This document shows, one piece after another, positions 29,759 through 44,777 of a DNA stretch of 64,000 nucleotides. The notes beneath the pieces are model-generated. The model was not told where the DNA came from, searched no databases, and was given only the letters and a program-made list of their open reading frames with translations. The stretch lies in assembly GCA_048128005.1 (NCBI GenBank), contig JBEUKZ010000071.1, positions 558,001 to 622,000 of the forward strand, written 5' to 3'. The translations under genes and the position numbers were made by a program. How positions within the stretch are numbered: position 1 is the first letter of the stretch; each line of letters begins with the position of its first letter. Origin of the DNA: Veleropilina oligotropha. Taxonomy: Eukaryota.

Positions 29759-32700
29759 CAGCAGCAGCCCCTCTTGTTCGGTTACATTCGAGGCAGGTTA
29801 AGCGCACGTTGTCGCGGATGTGGCCCCTGCTGTTGTCCACACGGTCAACACTGAACTGCTGTGTGTCCTTCGGGGCATATGCCCAGAGCAGCTCTATGTT
29901 GCATGCCGCGCAGCGGTTGTTTTGGGCGTCTTTGAGCTGCAGGATGTTATCGACCTTCAGGTTAAATCCCTGGAGATCCTTGGCCTGGTCCTGGCGCATG
30001 TATGCCACGAGCTTTCTCTGGATAGTCTTTCGGAGCTGCTGCTCGGTTTGGGGCGGCCTGTCCTCAGAACCCTCATCCGGAGGACATACCCGTTCGAGCT
30101 GACGCAGATACTCCACCCGGGACACGGCTAGGTAGGCGAGATTACTCCACTGAAGGTAGTCGTCGATGATCCAGACTTTCTGTGGGTCGTGAATGGTAAG
30201 ACCCTGGCTCGAATGGATGGTGAGAGCATAGCCCAGGCGCCAATCCGGGGTCAGGATAGCCCTCTCAGCGGCCTCAATGGTGACCTCAACGACGTCGTTG
30301 AGAACTAGCTCCTGTCTTTCGTCGGTGCCCGGAATCGTTACCATGATGTTTTGCGTACGGGTGTCCCTGGGGTGGTAAAGGATAGGAACCTGGGAGTCTG
30401 GGAAGTGCTCCTTGTGCCTCTGGAGCAACAGCTCTTGAGCCCGTTCGCGGACCTTCTGACGGCTCGTGAGGATTAGGTCACCCAGCTTCCAGGCTTTGAC
30501 AAACCGGTCCCATCCAAGGCAGCTGGGGAGAGTCTTACGCATTTCCCCGCACTGGACTTTGTCGGGCTGGAGGCGGATACGTCTTTTCAGGGCTTGGAGG
30601 GCAGGGTCTTTCGCCCTGTAGTCTACTTCGACTTCTTCATAGTAGTCCGCGGTCTTTCGCAGCCAATCGTGCGGCATCTCCCCCGTAATCGGTGGCGGCT
30701 GGCCCTGGTCCCCACAGCAGATAACCTGAACTTCGTGGTGGCCCAGCCAGTCTAAGAACATCTCGAGGATGTGCCTGGGAACAGTACAGACCTCGTCCCA
30801 GATAATGACGCGGGGGATGAACTTCTGACCCATGCGGTCGGGCGTCCAGTCCGCTCCATCGGAAGACGCTGTGGTAGGTCTGGGCTTTGACACCCCTGGT
30901 CCGCATCTCTTTAGCGAGGCGGTGGGTTGGCGTGAACACGATGGGATTCCTTGCCCGGAAGAGCTCGATCGCTCTCGTAGTCTTGCCACAGCCCCCTCCA
31001 CCGTTGAGGTAACTCAGGCGATGGTGGGTCAGCGTGTCGTCGTAGCATGGCGCGGTGCTTGGCTGGCTGGAATTGGCGGCACAACAATACTCTGGCTTGG
31101 GTAGGTATGCGGCATGTTCCTGTGGCAGGTACAGCTGTTCGCCCTTGTCACGCCACTGGGCCGGTGCTACTGGCGGAAGGTACGTCTCCCCGATCAGACA
31201 GGAGATGCAAGATTTATCGCCACAGTCGCAGAGTTGGGGGGCAACGTACGCCTTGACATCGTCGAGCTTCTCCAACGAGGCCTTTTTGAGGTAGATGCTG
31301 TCAGTGGCCACTCGGACAGCCTCCTCAGGGTTGAAACGCTGGACCATGCTCAAGAGGTTTATGTGGGCATAGGCCAACATGCTGGCCCTCAGGTGGGCGT
31401 ACTGAGGCTGGGAGCCATCATAATACGTGAGGATGTGACCGAGGGGGCATCTTTGAGGAGCGCCAACCAGGGTGCCGCTTTGGCGGGTGTCTCTTACGAG
31501 GAAGTCGAGCTCCCCCTGGTCGGTCACCAGTCTTCGAGTCAATCTTTTGCCATCTGCCTTGGCGCCTTGGGTGAATTTGCCGATAATGCTGCAGCCCTGG
31601 TCACGATCCAGAGGAAGCCAGACATCGGTCTGCTTTCTGAATGCGATGATGGCTTCTCGGATCTTGAGGCTTTTTAGCAGTCCAGATTCTATGAGGAAGG
31701 CGAGCAGCGGGGTTGGTGCCCAACTCATTTCTGCAAAGTGCTTTCCGAACCAGGCGGGAATGGTGGGGTGGATTTCTTGTGCAAACTCCCATTCCACGAC
31801 CTCAGCAAAGCCAGTACCGATTTCTTGGGGACCGTTAATTGCGACCCGAGTCATGCTGTCGGGTGTCCGAATCTTTCGAAGTACGGCTTAGCCTCACCCT
31901 TCCCCTGAAAGCTGGCAGGGTAGCAGGCTTTCATATCGATGCAGCAGACATCTCTCGTATCATAGTTCATGGAATTCCAAAGGCCACCATGACCATGCTC
32001 TACGAGAGATGTCTGGATGTCATCGAGCAGGCTGGCCGGGGTGGGTTTCCAGCCGTTGTTCTCTTTGGCCATAATGCTAGCTGCATGGTTCACGCCAAAG
32101 GCTCGATCGGCAAGGGACTCATTCCCCCCCAGAGCCTTACAGGCTTCCTGAAGAGCGGTGTGCGTCTCTTTCGTCCTGTAGGTGCGGCCGTCTTGAAGCA
32201 CGAACTGGTCCACGCTGAGCTGTCGGTCTTTACCGCCAAGGAGCCAGACAGCTAATGGCTCGTTCTGTGTGGCTTGTCGGATAGCTTCCCAGACATCGCC
32301 CTCATACAGGTGGACCTCGCGAGACTGCGGGAAGTGAAGGTCCTTGGGCCAGGCGTGGCCGTTGTGGCAGATGAGTTCTACGTTTCTGAATGTATGGTTT
32401 CCTTGACCGCGGTATTTACCAGAGTTGTAGATGTCCTCGCCGGCGATGTCTCTCAAGATGATCGCCCGTTTGAGGATCCTCTCCAGTTGGGCCACATCGT
32501 CGACGGAAGCTCCTGTTACATGAACTCGCGCCTCCCACTCCTGTACTTTCTGCCGCCGTGTCGGAGTTAGTCCGTTTCCTCTCAGGGCACCTTCGAAGTG
32601 CTCAACCACTCTCTGGGCAACGCAGTTGAGATCGCCGTTCTTCATTGGAACCAGGTTGGCGGGGTTTGGTTCTCTGAGAGGATAGAGGCCGTAGACGACT

Positions 32701-33610
32701 GCAGTGACCGGGTAGGCGTTCTCGTAGTAGACTTTGTCGACCCCAGTGATAGCACCCGGCTTAGTGTCATGGGATATCTCAAAGATACCCTGGCCCTTCT
32801 TTCTCGCAGCCTTCACCGGGTCAAACTTATCTTCGACCATCCAGTCGCCTTCATGCCACTCACGCAAGAACTTGATTCTCAGGACATACTCGCCTTTTGG
32901 AAGGACGGTGAGGAGCTGTGCCGCCCTCGCATCTGTCATACGGGCATCCAGGGCCAGCCGGCCAGCCCTCGCTTCGATACCGTTGCCGATGTTCTCTACC
33001 TCTACCTCTACCCTCCATGTGGAGAAGGCCGCCACGGCGCCATCGACCTCAAACTTGTCTTTGGCGTCGTTCAAGAGTTCCACCCATGGCTCTTTTGCTG
33101 GGAGCCTTACTGGGGGAGGGGCCTGGTCATCCAGGTCGATGAATTGTTGCCCCTCTGTTGTGGTAAACAACCCTAGAAGATCCTTCTGGTAGTCCTGGGC
33201 TGTCCGGGGCCTTTTGGAGATGGGAATTGGGTCAAATTCATCAACAACGGCCTTCCGTATTGCCCGGGCAAGGGTCTCTTTCCGAGACCTAGTCAGACCA
33301 TGCAGGTGTGGCTTGACGATTCGATCGGTGATACGACGAAGTGGCTTCTGTCGTATCCCGGGCGTTTTCTCAGCCTGGATTTCGTATTTACGGACCTTGA
33401 GGGCCACGTCGACCTCGTCCTTAAGCTGCCGCAATTCACGAGCACGACGGCCTCTTTTGTGGGGGTTCTCCACATCTCCACGTATGGAGGGGAACCTTCC
33501 CGTTTTCATCGCCCGCTCGAGTCTCCTCCGAAACTCGGCAGGTCGTTCTTCTTGAGCTTCGACCGAGCGGGAAGCCCGTAAGCATTCGCTAAATTCCGCA
33601 GTTCATCCAT
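29748..33610 (-). pseudogene. PolB-helicase-HNH replicase fusion, copy 2 (same frameshifts)
   Basis: Same 552/405/417-aa fragments as copy 1. Confidence 0.8.
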
Positions 33611-33646
33611 GTTGCTGGGCGGGTATAGGTCATGCCGATCACTTCT

Positions 33647-33946
33647 CTAATAGTAACTTTCCGTGTGGTAGATTGCAGCCATGCGGAGAAACTCTCGCTG
33701 AAACTCTCTCTGGAAGGCCCTTTTCTTTCGTTGCCAGTCCCTATCGTTCTCAAGCTTATACCCACAGCCCTGACACAGCGTAAGCCGGTTAAAGACGCCT
33801 TTGCCGCATTTGATGCAAGGCTTTGTGCCCCGACCATTTCGCCGTAGCCGAGCCAGATGGACTTTGCAATACTCGCTCAGACATCTCTTACCGCATAACT
33901 CCGTGGAGCTGATGGTAAGCCATTGACAGGTGTCTGTGCCCTTCAT
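33647..33946 (-). CDS. Zinc-finger protein, copy 2
   Basis: Identical to 18761-19060. Confidence 0.68.
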   Translation of the reverse strand: MKGTDTCQWLTISSTELCGKRCLSEYCKVHLARLRRNGRGTKPCIKCGKGVFNRLTLCQGCGYKLENDRDWQRKKRAFQREFQREFLRMAAIYHTESYY

Positions 33947-34281
33947 CGTATCCTTTGCATTGGATATACCCGTTGCAATGGGTATGTCTAAAAGAGAGCC
34001 CGGGCCGGCGAGGGTTGTGGGCCGTCCCTACGGGCTCTTACTACATGCTACTATATCGGCGCGAAATAGCTGGTCGTGTTAGACGCCGTGTAGTTATACT
34101 TGAAAGCAACATGCCGCAGAAAGCCGTTCCCAGGTTGCGCGGCGCGAAAAGTTCCCAACGCATCAGGACCCTCTTGAAATCGGGCTACGACGTTTTGATT
34201 GTTGACCTCGACGATGGTGAACAGGCGGTCTTTAAGAAGAAGACCAAAGGCGGTAAGAAGGGAGTTTTACACCATCGCCGT

Positions 34282-34618
34282 CCCTCAGTTCCGAAATAGG
34301 GCCGGGAGCCTTCCCGGCGGCCGTGGGCCCCTAGTCTAAACCCCCTAGTCCCCCCCATATTCTGAAATAGTGCTGGGAGCCTTATTTTTCCATTCTAAAA
34401 AGTATACTCACCCCCCCCCCTGCTCTGTACACACGGTGACTTTTTGTAATACATTAGCCCTACCCTCGGTCCCGAAATAGGGCTGGGAGCCTCCCCGGCG
34501 GCCGTGGGCCCCTAGTCTAAACTGCCTTAGGGGCTCGTACTACACCACCTCAGTTCTGAAATAGTGCTGGGAGCCTTATTTTCCCATTCTAAAAAGTCTA
34601 CTGACCCCCCCTGCTGCT
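34282..34618 (-). repeat. Right TIR, copy 2
   Basis: Matches 19396-19734 except for a shorter C-run. Confidence 0.9.
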
Positions 34619-37600
34619 CTAGGAGTCTGGTACATGTAATTGTAGCCGGTATATTTTATTTTTAAACTAGATAACAAGTGATGGGGTGCCATCACAGTGG
34701 GCCCCGCTCCACCAATATAACTCGATAAACATTCACATGTGAGCAATAATTGTTATATATGCAAAAATAGAAGATAAATTTACATTGACCCATTTGATGA
34801 AGCTTATGCTGTTGATACTCCAAAATCATTATGCACTGGATATTTCCAACATAAAAGCTATACATGATGATATTGTGTCAGAGACTGTTACCACTCTCAC
34901 CTTGATGTACCTGTAGTCAGAGACAGACAGAAACTAAACATTAAATCATATGAAAATATGAAAATAGTGAATTATTAATACCAAATAGAACGTTTAACCA
35001 AAACCAAACAGCTTATCCAAGATTTGTTATGCTAAATTCTCTCCTATGTCGATTAAACATGTGAAATTTACAAACAGCATATTAACTAAGATTTTTGCAG
35101 CTAAATTATCTCCTATGCCAATTAAACATGTGAAAGTCCTTTCGCTAATCTCAATACAGCATGTAGGAACATTTCCTTGTTCATTTATTGCCATACATTC
35201 ATATCAAATTATGTTAACAAAAGGTTTTTAACCTGGACCTTAACCAAATATGCGACGGACGAAAAAAGTGATCCCTACAGGGCTCCCTGACGGAGCTTTA
35301 ATTATGTTTACAGAATGTTTAACCTTGGTTCCTGGACCTTAAGTAAATGTGCGACGGACGTATGGAAAAGGTGATCACTATAGAGCTCGGACACTGACGG
35401 GGCCCTAATAATATTTATGATTCCACACACATTGACCATTTTATGAAGCTTGTATTGGCCATGGGATACAGCTTGCTCTTGATACTAGTATGATCAAGAA
35501 CCCATTGGCTACTGCCAACAGGGAAGCTATGATATTAAATATATTTAGAAGCCCATTTCTTTTCTCGACCAATGAAAACGCAGTATTTCTTGTCACTTAT
35601 TGCCGAAGACTGCAAACTGTCCGGTCTAACTGACCGTCTTAGTGGACTCGAAAAGCACGTGCGCCTCTGTGCAGTGCCATCAGTGACAAGAGTGGGACAA
35701 TGAAACATCGAAAGGTGACAGATGGGGTTACAACAAGATGGAAATGAAATCGCGATTAACGAGCATGGCAACAACATTTCAGTCGTATTCATGTCAATCA
35801 ACTGTAAATGATGACAATAATGAGTTGAAATATTTATATACAAATTACAACATTATAGATATTTTCTTCCCATTTTTTTCAATTATAACTGTTGAAATTG
35901 AATCAGGGACAATTATAGACAGTGTTTGATCACGAGAAATGCTCGAAAGCGAGGTATTTTCCAATGCAACATTTTTATACGATTGTGAAATAGTTTCAGT
36001 CTTACATTTTTTCGTACAGGGCTCATCCAGATTGAAATCGTCCAGAATTAAATTAAAGTTTGCCTGACTTTCCAAGCTCAAATCCATCGTGCAAATACAA
36101 GAGTGGATTGCGGGCCACATTCTTTTTATTAGATTGACATGCTAATCTTGTTGCTTTGTTTTGCATAACAATCATTTGTTTGTGATACCATTCTCATTAT
36201 TAGGAATAGGGGTGACAAATAAAATGTTCTCTATCTATATAGTATAATGCTTAAAAGGGAAATTTTAAATATATATATGATACTTTATATAAAATATATA
36301 TAAAATTTAAATAATTTGTCAACTTTGGAGAAATAAAATGAGCTTCTAAGTTGGTTAGACTGCAACTTGTCGAGTCTTATGAAATAAGTAGTCTCGCCCT
36401 AACGGGCTCGACTTCTTATTTCATAAGACTCGACAAGTTGCAGTCTAACCCATACATAGCCCCACAACCTGTCACCTTAAGTCTCACGGCTTACTGTACC
36501 TGTAGTAACAACTACAAGCCTAGAGCAAGTCTGACAGAGAGACAAATGACCGAAACAGATAGACATTGAAGATCAATAACGATTTTCTTTTCAATTAAAT
36601 TTACAATTAAATTTAAAATTAAATTTACAATTAAATTTAAAATTAAATTTAAAATTTGAAATGTAAAATTTCAATGTATCCATTAGATAACATTTACAGC
36701 TACCATGCATTACAAACATTTAAGTCTGTTAGAATATCAAACATGGCATTAAAACTTTCAAAAATGCTTAGAAATTAAAACTTGGAATCTTAACCACACT
36801 ATTTTCTTTTAAATTTCCCGATAAAATTTAAAAAAATGAATCCAATTGGTAACAATTACAATTACCTGTAATAAAACTGCTCCTTGAAATGATATTCCAT
36901 CATTTAACATTGTAAAAACTGCTAAAAAAATTCAAAAATGATTCAATGAGAACCCTTAACCTGGTACCTTAACCAAACTATTTTCTTTTAAATTTACTGT
37001 TAAAAGTTAAAAAAATAAATTCATTTGGTAACAGTTGCAAATACCTTTAATAAAAGTGCTCCTTGAAATGATAACCAAGCATTTAACTTTGTTAAAAAAT
37101 CAAACCTGACCATAAAACTTTCAAAAATGCTTCAAGTTGAACCTTTAACCTGGTACCTTAACCATGAAAATTTCTAATAAATTCGTTCGATATCAACACT
37201 CCAGTTTCTGGAATTATCCATAATAATAATATTCAAAGAAGCCTGCGACAAAAAAGTGCCTTTATCAAGCAAACTATACGGAAAAAGTGAACCATTAATA
37301 CCAAATACTAGTAGAACGTTTAACCAAACAGCTTAACCAAAATTTTTGAACCTAAATTCTCTCCTATGTCAATTAAACATATGAAATTCCTTTCGTTAAT
37401 CTCAATACAGCATTTAGGAACATTCCCTTGTTCATTTATTACCATACATTCATATCAAATTATGTTAACAGAAGGTTTAACCTGAACCTTAACCAAATGA
37501 GCATCGGACGGACGGACGGACGGACGGACGGACGGAAGGACGGACGGACGGAAAAGGTGATCACTATAGGGCTCCCTGACGGGGCCCTAACTAGATAAAA

Positions 37601-37839
37601 AGTAATGGAACACCATCACGGAGGCCCCGCTTTAGCGATCACCAACACGATAAAAATTGTGAAAAGACGAAAGCGACAAACATCATTGATCAAAGAAACT
37701 TTATGTAAACACTCAGCATCGTTTCCTCATCAAACTTCATAAATGCGCATATCAAATTTGAATGAAATCTGTTCAGAACTGTTGACTGTACTGTGCGCAC
37801 AAGAAATCTAAATGACTAAACGATGAATCGACTACAGTA

Positions 37840-39087
37840 CACTGTAGCCTCGGTATAACGCGGGTATTGGGGTCCAAGTGGACACGCACCGCGTTATAAC
37901 CGATCCGCGGTATACGAATATTGTCTATTGAAAAGCTGTCATGAATATGCTAATGTCATTGTAATGTGTATATGAGAGGAAAATAAATAAAATGATGAAT
38001 GCAGGAAATATAACATTTATTATAGCTATTTTGAAATGTTATATATATATATATATATATAGTTTATATATATTTACCTGTCTGACGGGGAAATTTTATA
38101 AATGTAACTCCGATTGTTTCAACATGTGTTTTAATTTAAATCTGCAATAAAAGCTTTGTTGTCTGTTGTGTTCATAGCGTATTATACGGTGGTGAAATGT
38201 AGTTCATGTTCATAGTAACCCAATTAAGCTGCAAGTGCATTTAATCGTTTCTTTTGTTTTGCACTGATCAATAGCCGCTCGCTCTTCTGTGACTAGGAAT
38301 ATCACGTGCGTGTGAAATCTTTGGGGTGTTGTTTTGTTTATCCATGGAGTTCAGAGGTCGTTGCGTTATAAATGAGCTGCCGACAAATATGTAAAATGCG
38401 GAGGGCATTGCATTTAAAAAATAAGCGAAATTAAAATAATGTAATGATATTTGTAATTAATATACATGTAGATGTCATTTACAACGGGAATACAATAAAT
38501 TTTCCATCACGTGATATCATTCAGTAATGTGATTTACTAATCGTTAACAATTTGTCTTTGTTCTAAGCGAAATTTTCAATCACGTGATATCATTCATTCA
38601 TTTGATTTACTAATCGTAAATCATATCCATAAAAGAAACTTGATCATACAACGCTTAAAACATCAATGTTTATTTCATATTTGTTTACAAAACAACAAGT
38701 GTAATAAAATATTTAATAGCAAGTAAATTTGTCATTGTCCTAAGCGACCGTAGACCCAAGCCGTCGGCCATGTTTCAGAGTCAACAAACTTACTTTCCAT
38801 TGTTTCCGTGTGTAAAGGGATTAAGTTAACAAGACAATGATGTATGAATAAACTTAAAAGAATCATTTACAATCAAGATGAATCAAGGTAGATTTTAATT
38901 TTAATAAAAGTATCGATTTCGTTTTGCAATTTGTAAAATGGTTCCTTAATTTGCTAAAATTATCATGAAACCGACTCATTTTATAGAAAGTAGGTATATA
39001 TGGTATAAAATTTTGGGAGCCATGATCTGCCTCGCGTTATAACCGATATCGCGGTATATCGAGGCGCGTTATACCGAGGCTACAGTG
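37840..39087 (+). mobile_element. TA-flanked MITE (Tc1/mariner/pogo-type), ~1.25 kb
   Basis: TIR CACTGTAGCCTCGGTATAACGCG...CGCGTTATACCGAGGCTACAGTG with TA on both sides; copies at 42402-43649, 50332-51577, 55043-56285; truncated copies at 22953-23306 and 52959-~53625. Confidence 0.85.
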
Positions 39088-42000
39088 TATTCCGAACTAT
39101 TGTTCGGGATGCATTAAGCTAACCTTGATCAATTGAGGAGAATGATAATAGACACTGTATACATTCTGATCTTTTAATGGCCATATATACTGCCAAATCA
39201 AGATACCCATGGAATAAACCAAGGGCGAAGCCATGCAGTTTTCAAAATACATCAGATTTTGATAATCTCGGCTTCACAGAGTGACCATTAAGCTTAACAG
39301 CTTACTTTGCCTATTGGCAGTGAGCAAGTCTTACAGATAAGCACATGTCCCTTTCATCATACACACATAACATTTAGATAAATAAACAAAATAAATTTAA
39401 TAACTCTTCAAAAATTACCATTATTTCTATCCTAAATACTTTAAGGCATAATTAATTTTTCAGAATAACTGCTACAGACATGATGAAAATCATTCATGAA
39501 CCTTTTTGATATATAAAAAAGAATTTTTTTTTTTAATTTTTTTAATTTATTATTATTTAAAAAAAAAATGTATGCACTTTTTCAGCTCATAAGGTTTGCA
39601 CGTGAAGTTTGAAGTTGAACTGATGCTCGAGTGAAAAGATATATGGAAACAAAGCAAAATCTTAACACAGATTTAATGATTACTATGATGACAAAGTCAT
39701 TGTACCATATAATATATGTTATATACTAATATACAGCATCCGAAGCATTCATTTAGCATCAGTACCCTTGAAGCATCTATAGTTATTTTGATCTAGATCT
39801 TATACTTTTGAGAAACAGAGCCAAACGCAAAACTTCAGAAATCAAACAAGTAGAAACTTTGACCTGGGACCTTAACCTGAAGATTGGGCAAATGAATCTT
39901 TAACCTGGGATCTTATCAGAAGATTGGGCAAAGGAAACTCTACTGTGATCTTAACCTTAAGATTGAGCATATGAAACATTAACCTGGGACATTCACTGAT
40001 CATGGGATAGTTTACTCTTGATCGACATCATAGCATGATCAAAGAAGCTGTTGGATATTCCGAACAGGGAAGCTATATACAAGTATATAACCTCATAAAC
40101 TATCACCTTAAGTCTCACTGCTTACTGTGCCTGTAGCATACACTACAAGCCTAGAGCAAGTCTGACAGAGAGACAAGTGATCGACTTTCACCAAAGTTAT
40201 GTTTATATTTAAAAATAATAATTAATCCCAATGGAACCTTAACCAAGGTAATTTGAATCAAATTCCATTAAGTAACGCCTATTAATAGTAGTTGAGTACC
40301 TACTCTTCTTTATTTATTGTCTATTAGTTATACTTTGCTAAATCAGCAGATTGTGCAGAAACTTTGACCTGGGACCTTAACCTTAAGATTGAGTACCTAC
40401 TCTTCTTTATTTATTGTCTATTAGTTATACTTTGCTAAATCACCAGATTGTGCAGAAACTTTGACCTGGGACCTTAACCTTAAGATTGAGCAAATGAAAG
40501 AATGAGCAGGTCGGACGGACGGACGGAAGGACGGACGGGCGCACGGACGGACGGAGCAAGTCTGACAGAGAGACAAGTGATCGACTTTCACCAAAGTTAT
40601 GTTTATATTTAAAAATAATAATTAATCCCAATGGAACCTTAACCAAGGTAATTTGAATCAAATTCCATTAAGTAACGCCTATTAATAGTAGTTGAGTACC
40701 TACTCTTCTTTATTTATTGTCTATTAGTTATACTTTGCTAAATCAGCAGATTGTGCAGAAACTTTGACCTGGGACCTTAACCTTAAGATTGAGTACCTAC
40801 TCTTCTTTATTTATTGTCTATTAGTTATACTTTGCTAAATCACCAGATTGTGCAGAAACTTTGACCTGGGACCTTAACCTTAAGATTGAGCAAATGAAAG
40901 AATGAGCAGGTCGGACGGACGGACGGAAGGACGGACGGGCGCACGGACGGACGGACGGACGGAAAAGGTGATCACTATAGGCCTCCCTGCGGGGCCTAAT
41001 AACTGCTAGAGACATGATGAAAATCAATCATGAAACTTCTTGATATATAAAAAAGATTTTTTTTTTTAATAATTTTTGTAATTTATTATTATTTTAAAAA
41101 AAATATGTATGCACTTTTTTCAGCTCATAAGGTTTGCACATGTGAAGTTTGAAGTTGAACTGATGCTAGAGTGAAAAGATATATGGAAACAAAGCAAAAT
41201 CTTAACACAGATTTAATGATTACTATGATGACAAAGTCATTGTACTATATAATATATGTTATATACTAATATTCAGCATCCGAAGCATTCATTTAACATC
41301 AGTACCCATGAAACATCTATTGTTATGTTGATCTAGATCTTATACTTTTGAGAAACAGAGCCAAACGCAAATCTTCAGAAATCAAACAAGTAGAAACTTT
41401 GACCTGGGACCTTAACCAGAAGATTGGGCAAAACAAACGTTAACCTGGGGCCTTAACCTGAAGATTGGGCAAATGAATCTTTAACCTGGGATCTTATTAG
41501 AAGATTGGGCAAATGAAACTCTACTGTGATCTTAACCTTAAGATTGAGCATATGGCACATTAACCTGGGACATTCACTGACCATGGGATAGTTTACTCTT
41601 GATCGGCATCATAGCATGATCAAAGAAGCTGTTGGATATTCCGAACAGGGAAGCTATATACAAGTATATAACCTCATAAACTATCACCTTAAGTCTCACT
41701 GCTTACTGTGCCTGTAGCATACACTACAAGCCTAGAGCAAGTCTGACAGAGAGACAAGTGATCGACTTTCACCAAAGTTATGTTTATATTTAAAAATAAT
41801 AAAAATAATAATTAAACAAGTGGTCGACATTCAATAAAGTTGTTTATATTTAAAAATCATAATTAATCCCAATGGAACCTTAACCAAGGTAATTTGAATC
41901 AAATTCCATTAAGTAAAGCCTATTAATAGTAGTTGAGTACCTACTCTTCTTTATTTATTTATTGTCTATTATTTATACTTTGCCACATCAGCAGATTGCG

Positions 42001-44777
42001 CAAAAGAAACTTTAACCTGGGACCTTAACCTTAAGATTGAGCAAATGAAAGAATGTGCAGGTCGGACGGACGGAAGGACGGACGCACGGACGGACGGACG
42101 GAAAAGGTGATCACTATAGGCCTCCCTGCGGGGCCTAATAAAAATTTTGAAACTAGATAAAAAGTGATGGAACACCATCACAGAGGCCCCGCTTTAGCGA
42201 TCACCAACACGATAAAAATTGTGAAAAGAGGAAAGCGACAAACATCATTGATCAAAGAAACTTTATGTAAACACTCAGCATCGTTTCCTCATCAAACTTC
42301 ATAAATGCGCATATCAAATTTGAATGAAATCTGTTCAGAACTGTTGACTGTACTGTGCGCACAAGAAATCTAAATGACTAAACGATGAATCGACTACAGT
42401 ACACTGTAGCCTCGGTATAACGCGGGTATTGGGGTCCAAGTGGACACGCACCGCGTTATAACCGATCCGCGGTATACGAATATTGTCTATTGAAAAGCTG
42501 TCATGAATATGCTAATGTCATTGTAATGTGTATATGAGAGGAAAATAAATAAAATGATGAATGCAGGAAATATAACATTTATTATAGCTATTTTGAAATG
42601 TTATATATATATATATATATAGTTTATATATATTTACCTGTCTGACGGGGAAATTTTATAAATGTAACTCCGATTGTTTCAACATGTGTTTTAATTTAAA
42701 TCTGCAATAAAAGCTTTGTTGTCTGTTATGTTCATAGCGTATTATACGGTGGTGAAATGTAGTTCATGTTCATAGTAACCCAATTAAGCTGCAAGTGCAT
42801 TTAATCGTTTCTTTTGTTTTGCACTGATCAATAGCCGCTCGCTCTTCTGTGACTAGGAATATCACGTGGTGCGTGTGAAATCTTTGGGGTGTTGTTTTGT
42901 TTATCCATGGAGTTCAGAGGTCGTTGCGTTATAAATGAGCTGCCGACAAATATGTAAAATGCGGAGGGCATTGCATTTAAAAAATAAGCGAAATTAAAAT
43001 AATGTAATGATATTTGTAATTAATATACATGTAGATGTCATTTACAACGGGAATACAATAAATTTTCTATCACGTGATATCATTCAGTAATGTGATTTAC
43101 TAATCGTTAACAGTTTGTCTTTGTTCTAAGCGAAATTTTCAATCACGTGATATCATTCATTCATTTGATTTACTAATCGTAAATCATATCCATAAAAGAA
43201 ACTTGATCATACAACGCTTAAAACATCAATGTTTATTTCATATTTGTTTACAAAACAACAAGTGTAATAAAATATTTATTAGCAAGTAAATTTGTCATTG
43301 TCCTAAGCGACCGTGACCCAAGCCGTCGGCCATGTTTCAGAGTCAACAAACTTACTTTCCATTGTTTCCGTGTGTAAAGGGATTAAGTTAACAAGACAAT
43401 GATGTATGAATAAACTTAAAAGAATCATTTACAATCAAGATGAATCAAGGTAGATTTTAATTTTAATAAAAGTATCGATTTCGTTTTGCAATTTGTAAAA
43501 TGGTTCCTTAATTTGTTAAAATTATCATGAAACCGACTCATTTTATAGAAAGTAGGTATATATGGTATAAAATTTTGGGAGCCATGATCTGCCTCGCGTT
43601 ATAACCGATATCGCGGTATATCGAGGCGCGTTATACCGAGGCTACAGTGTATTCCGAACTATTGTTCGGGATGCATTAAGCTAACCTTGATCAATTGAGG
43701 AGAATGATAATAGACACTGTATACATTCTGATCTTTTAATGGCCATATATACTGCCAAATCAAGATACCCATGGAATAAACCAAGGGCGAAGCCATGCAG
43801 TTTTCAAAATACATCAGATTTTGATAATCTCGGCTTCACAGAGTGACCATTAAGCTTAACAGCTTACTTTGCCTATTGGCAGTGAGCAAGTCTTACAGAT
43901 AAGCACATGTCCCTTTCATCATACACACATAACATTTAGATAAATAAACAAAATAAATTTAATAACTCTTCAAAAATTACCATTATTTCTATCCTAAATA
44001 CTTTAAGGCATAATTAATTTTTTCAGAATAACTGCCACAGACATGATGAAAATCATTCATGAACCTTTTTGATATATAAAAAAGAATTTTTTTTTATAAT
44101 TTTTTTAATTTATTATTATTTAAAAAAAATGTATGCACTTTTTTCAGCTCATAAGGTTTGCACATGTGAAGTTTGAAGTTGAACTGATGCTCGAGTGAAA
44201 AGATATATGGAAACAAAGCAAAATCTTAACACAGATTTAATGATTACTATGATGACAAAGTCATTGTACCATATAATATATGTTATATACTAATATACAG
44301 CATCCGAAGCATTCATTTAGCATCAGTACCCTTGAAGCATCTATAGTTATTTTGATCTAGATCTTATACTTTTGAGAAACAGAGCCAAACGCAAAACTTC
44401 AGAAATCAAACAAGTAGAAACTTTGACCTGGGACCTTAACCTGAAGATTGGGCAAATGAATCTTTAACCTGGGATCTTATCAGAAGATTGGGCAAAGGAA
44501 ACTCTACTGTGATCTTAACCTTAAGATTGAGCATATGAAACATTAACCTGGGACATTCACTGATCATGGGATAGTTTACTCTTGATCGACATCATAGCAT
44601 GATCAAAGAAGCTGTTGGATATTCCGAACAGGGAAGCTATATACAAGTATATAACCTCATAAACTATCACCTTAAGTCTCACTGCTTACTGTGCCTGTAG
44701 GATACACTACAAGCCTAGAGCAAGTCTGACAGAGAGACAAGTGATCGACTTTCACCAAAGTTATGTTTATATTTAAA

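Larger units (their letters stand above)
23307..34618. mobile_element. 5'-truncated second copy of the Polinton-like virus (no left TIR, no penton)
   Basis: Begins at the equivalent of position 8421 and ends CTGCTGCT at 34618 with the same right flank. Confidence 0.93.
23307..38195 (+). repeat. Tandem segmental duplication of 8421-23306 (offset 14,886 bp)
   Basis: All ORFs recur at +14886 with identical proteins; includes viral right end, CTAGG and 3.6 kb of host flank; only scattered SNPs/indels seen. Confidence 0.95.

Noticed and set aside
23307..34618. Independent second viral integration
   Set aside because: No left TIR or new TSD; identical right host flank shows it is part of a tandem duplication
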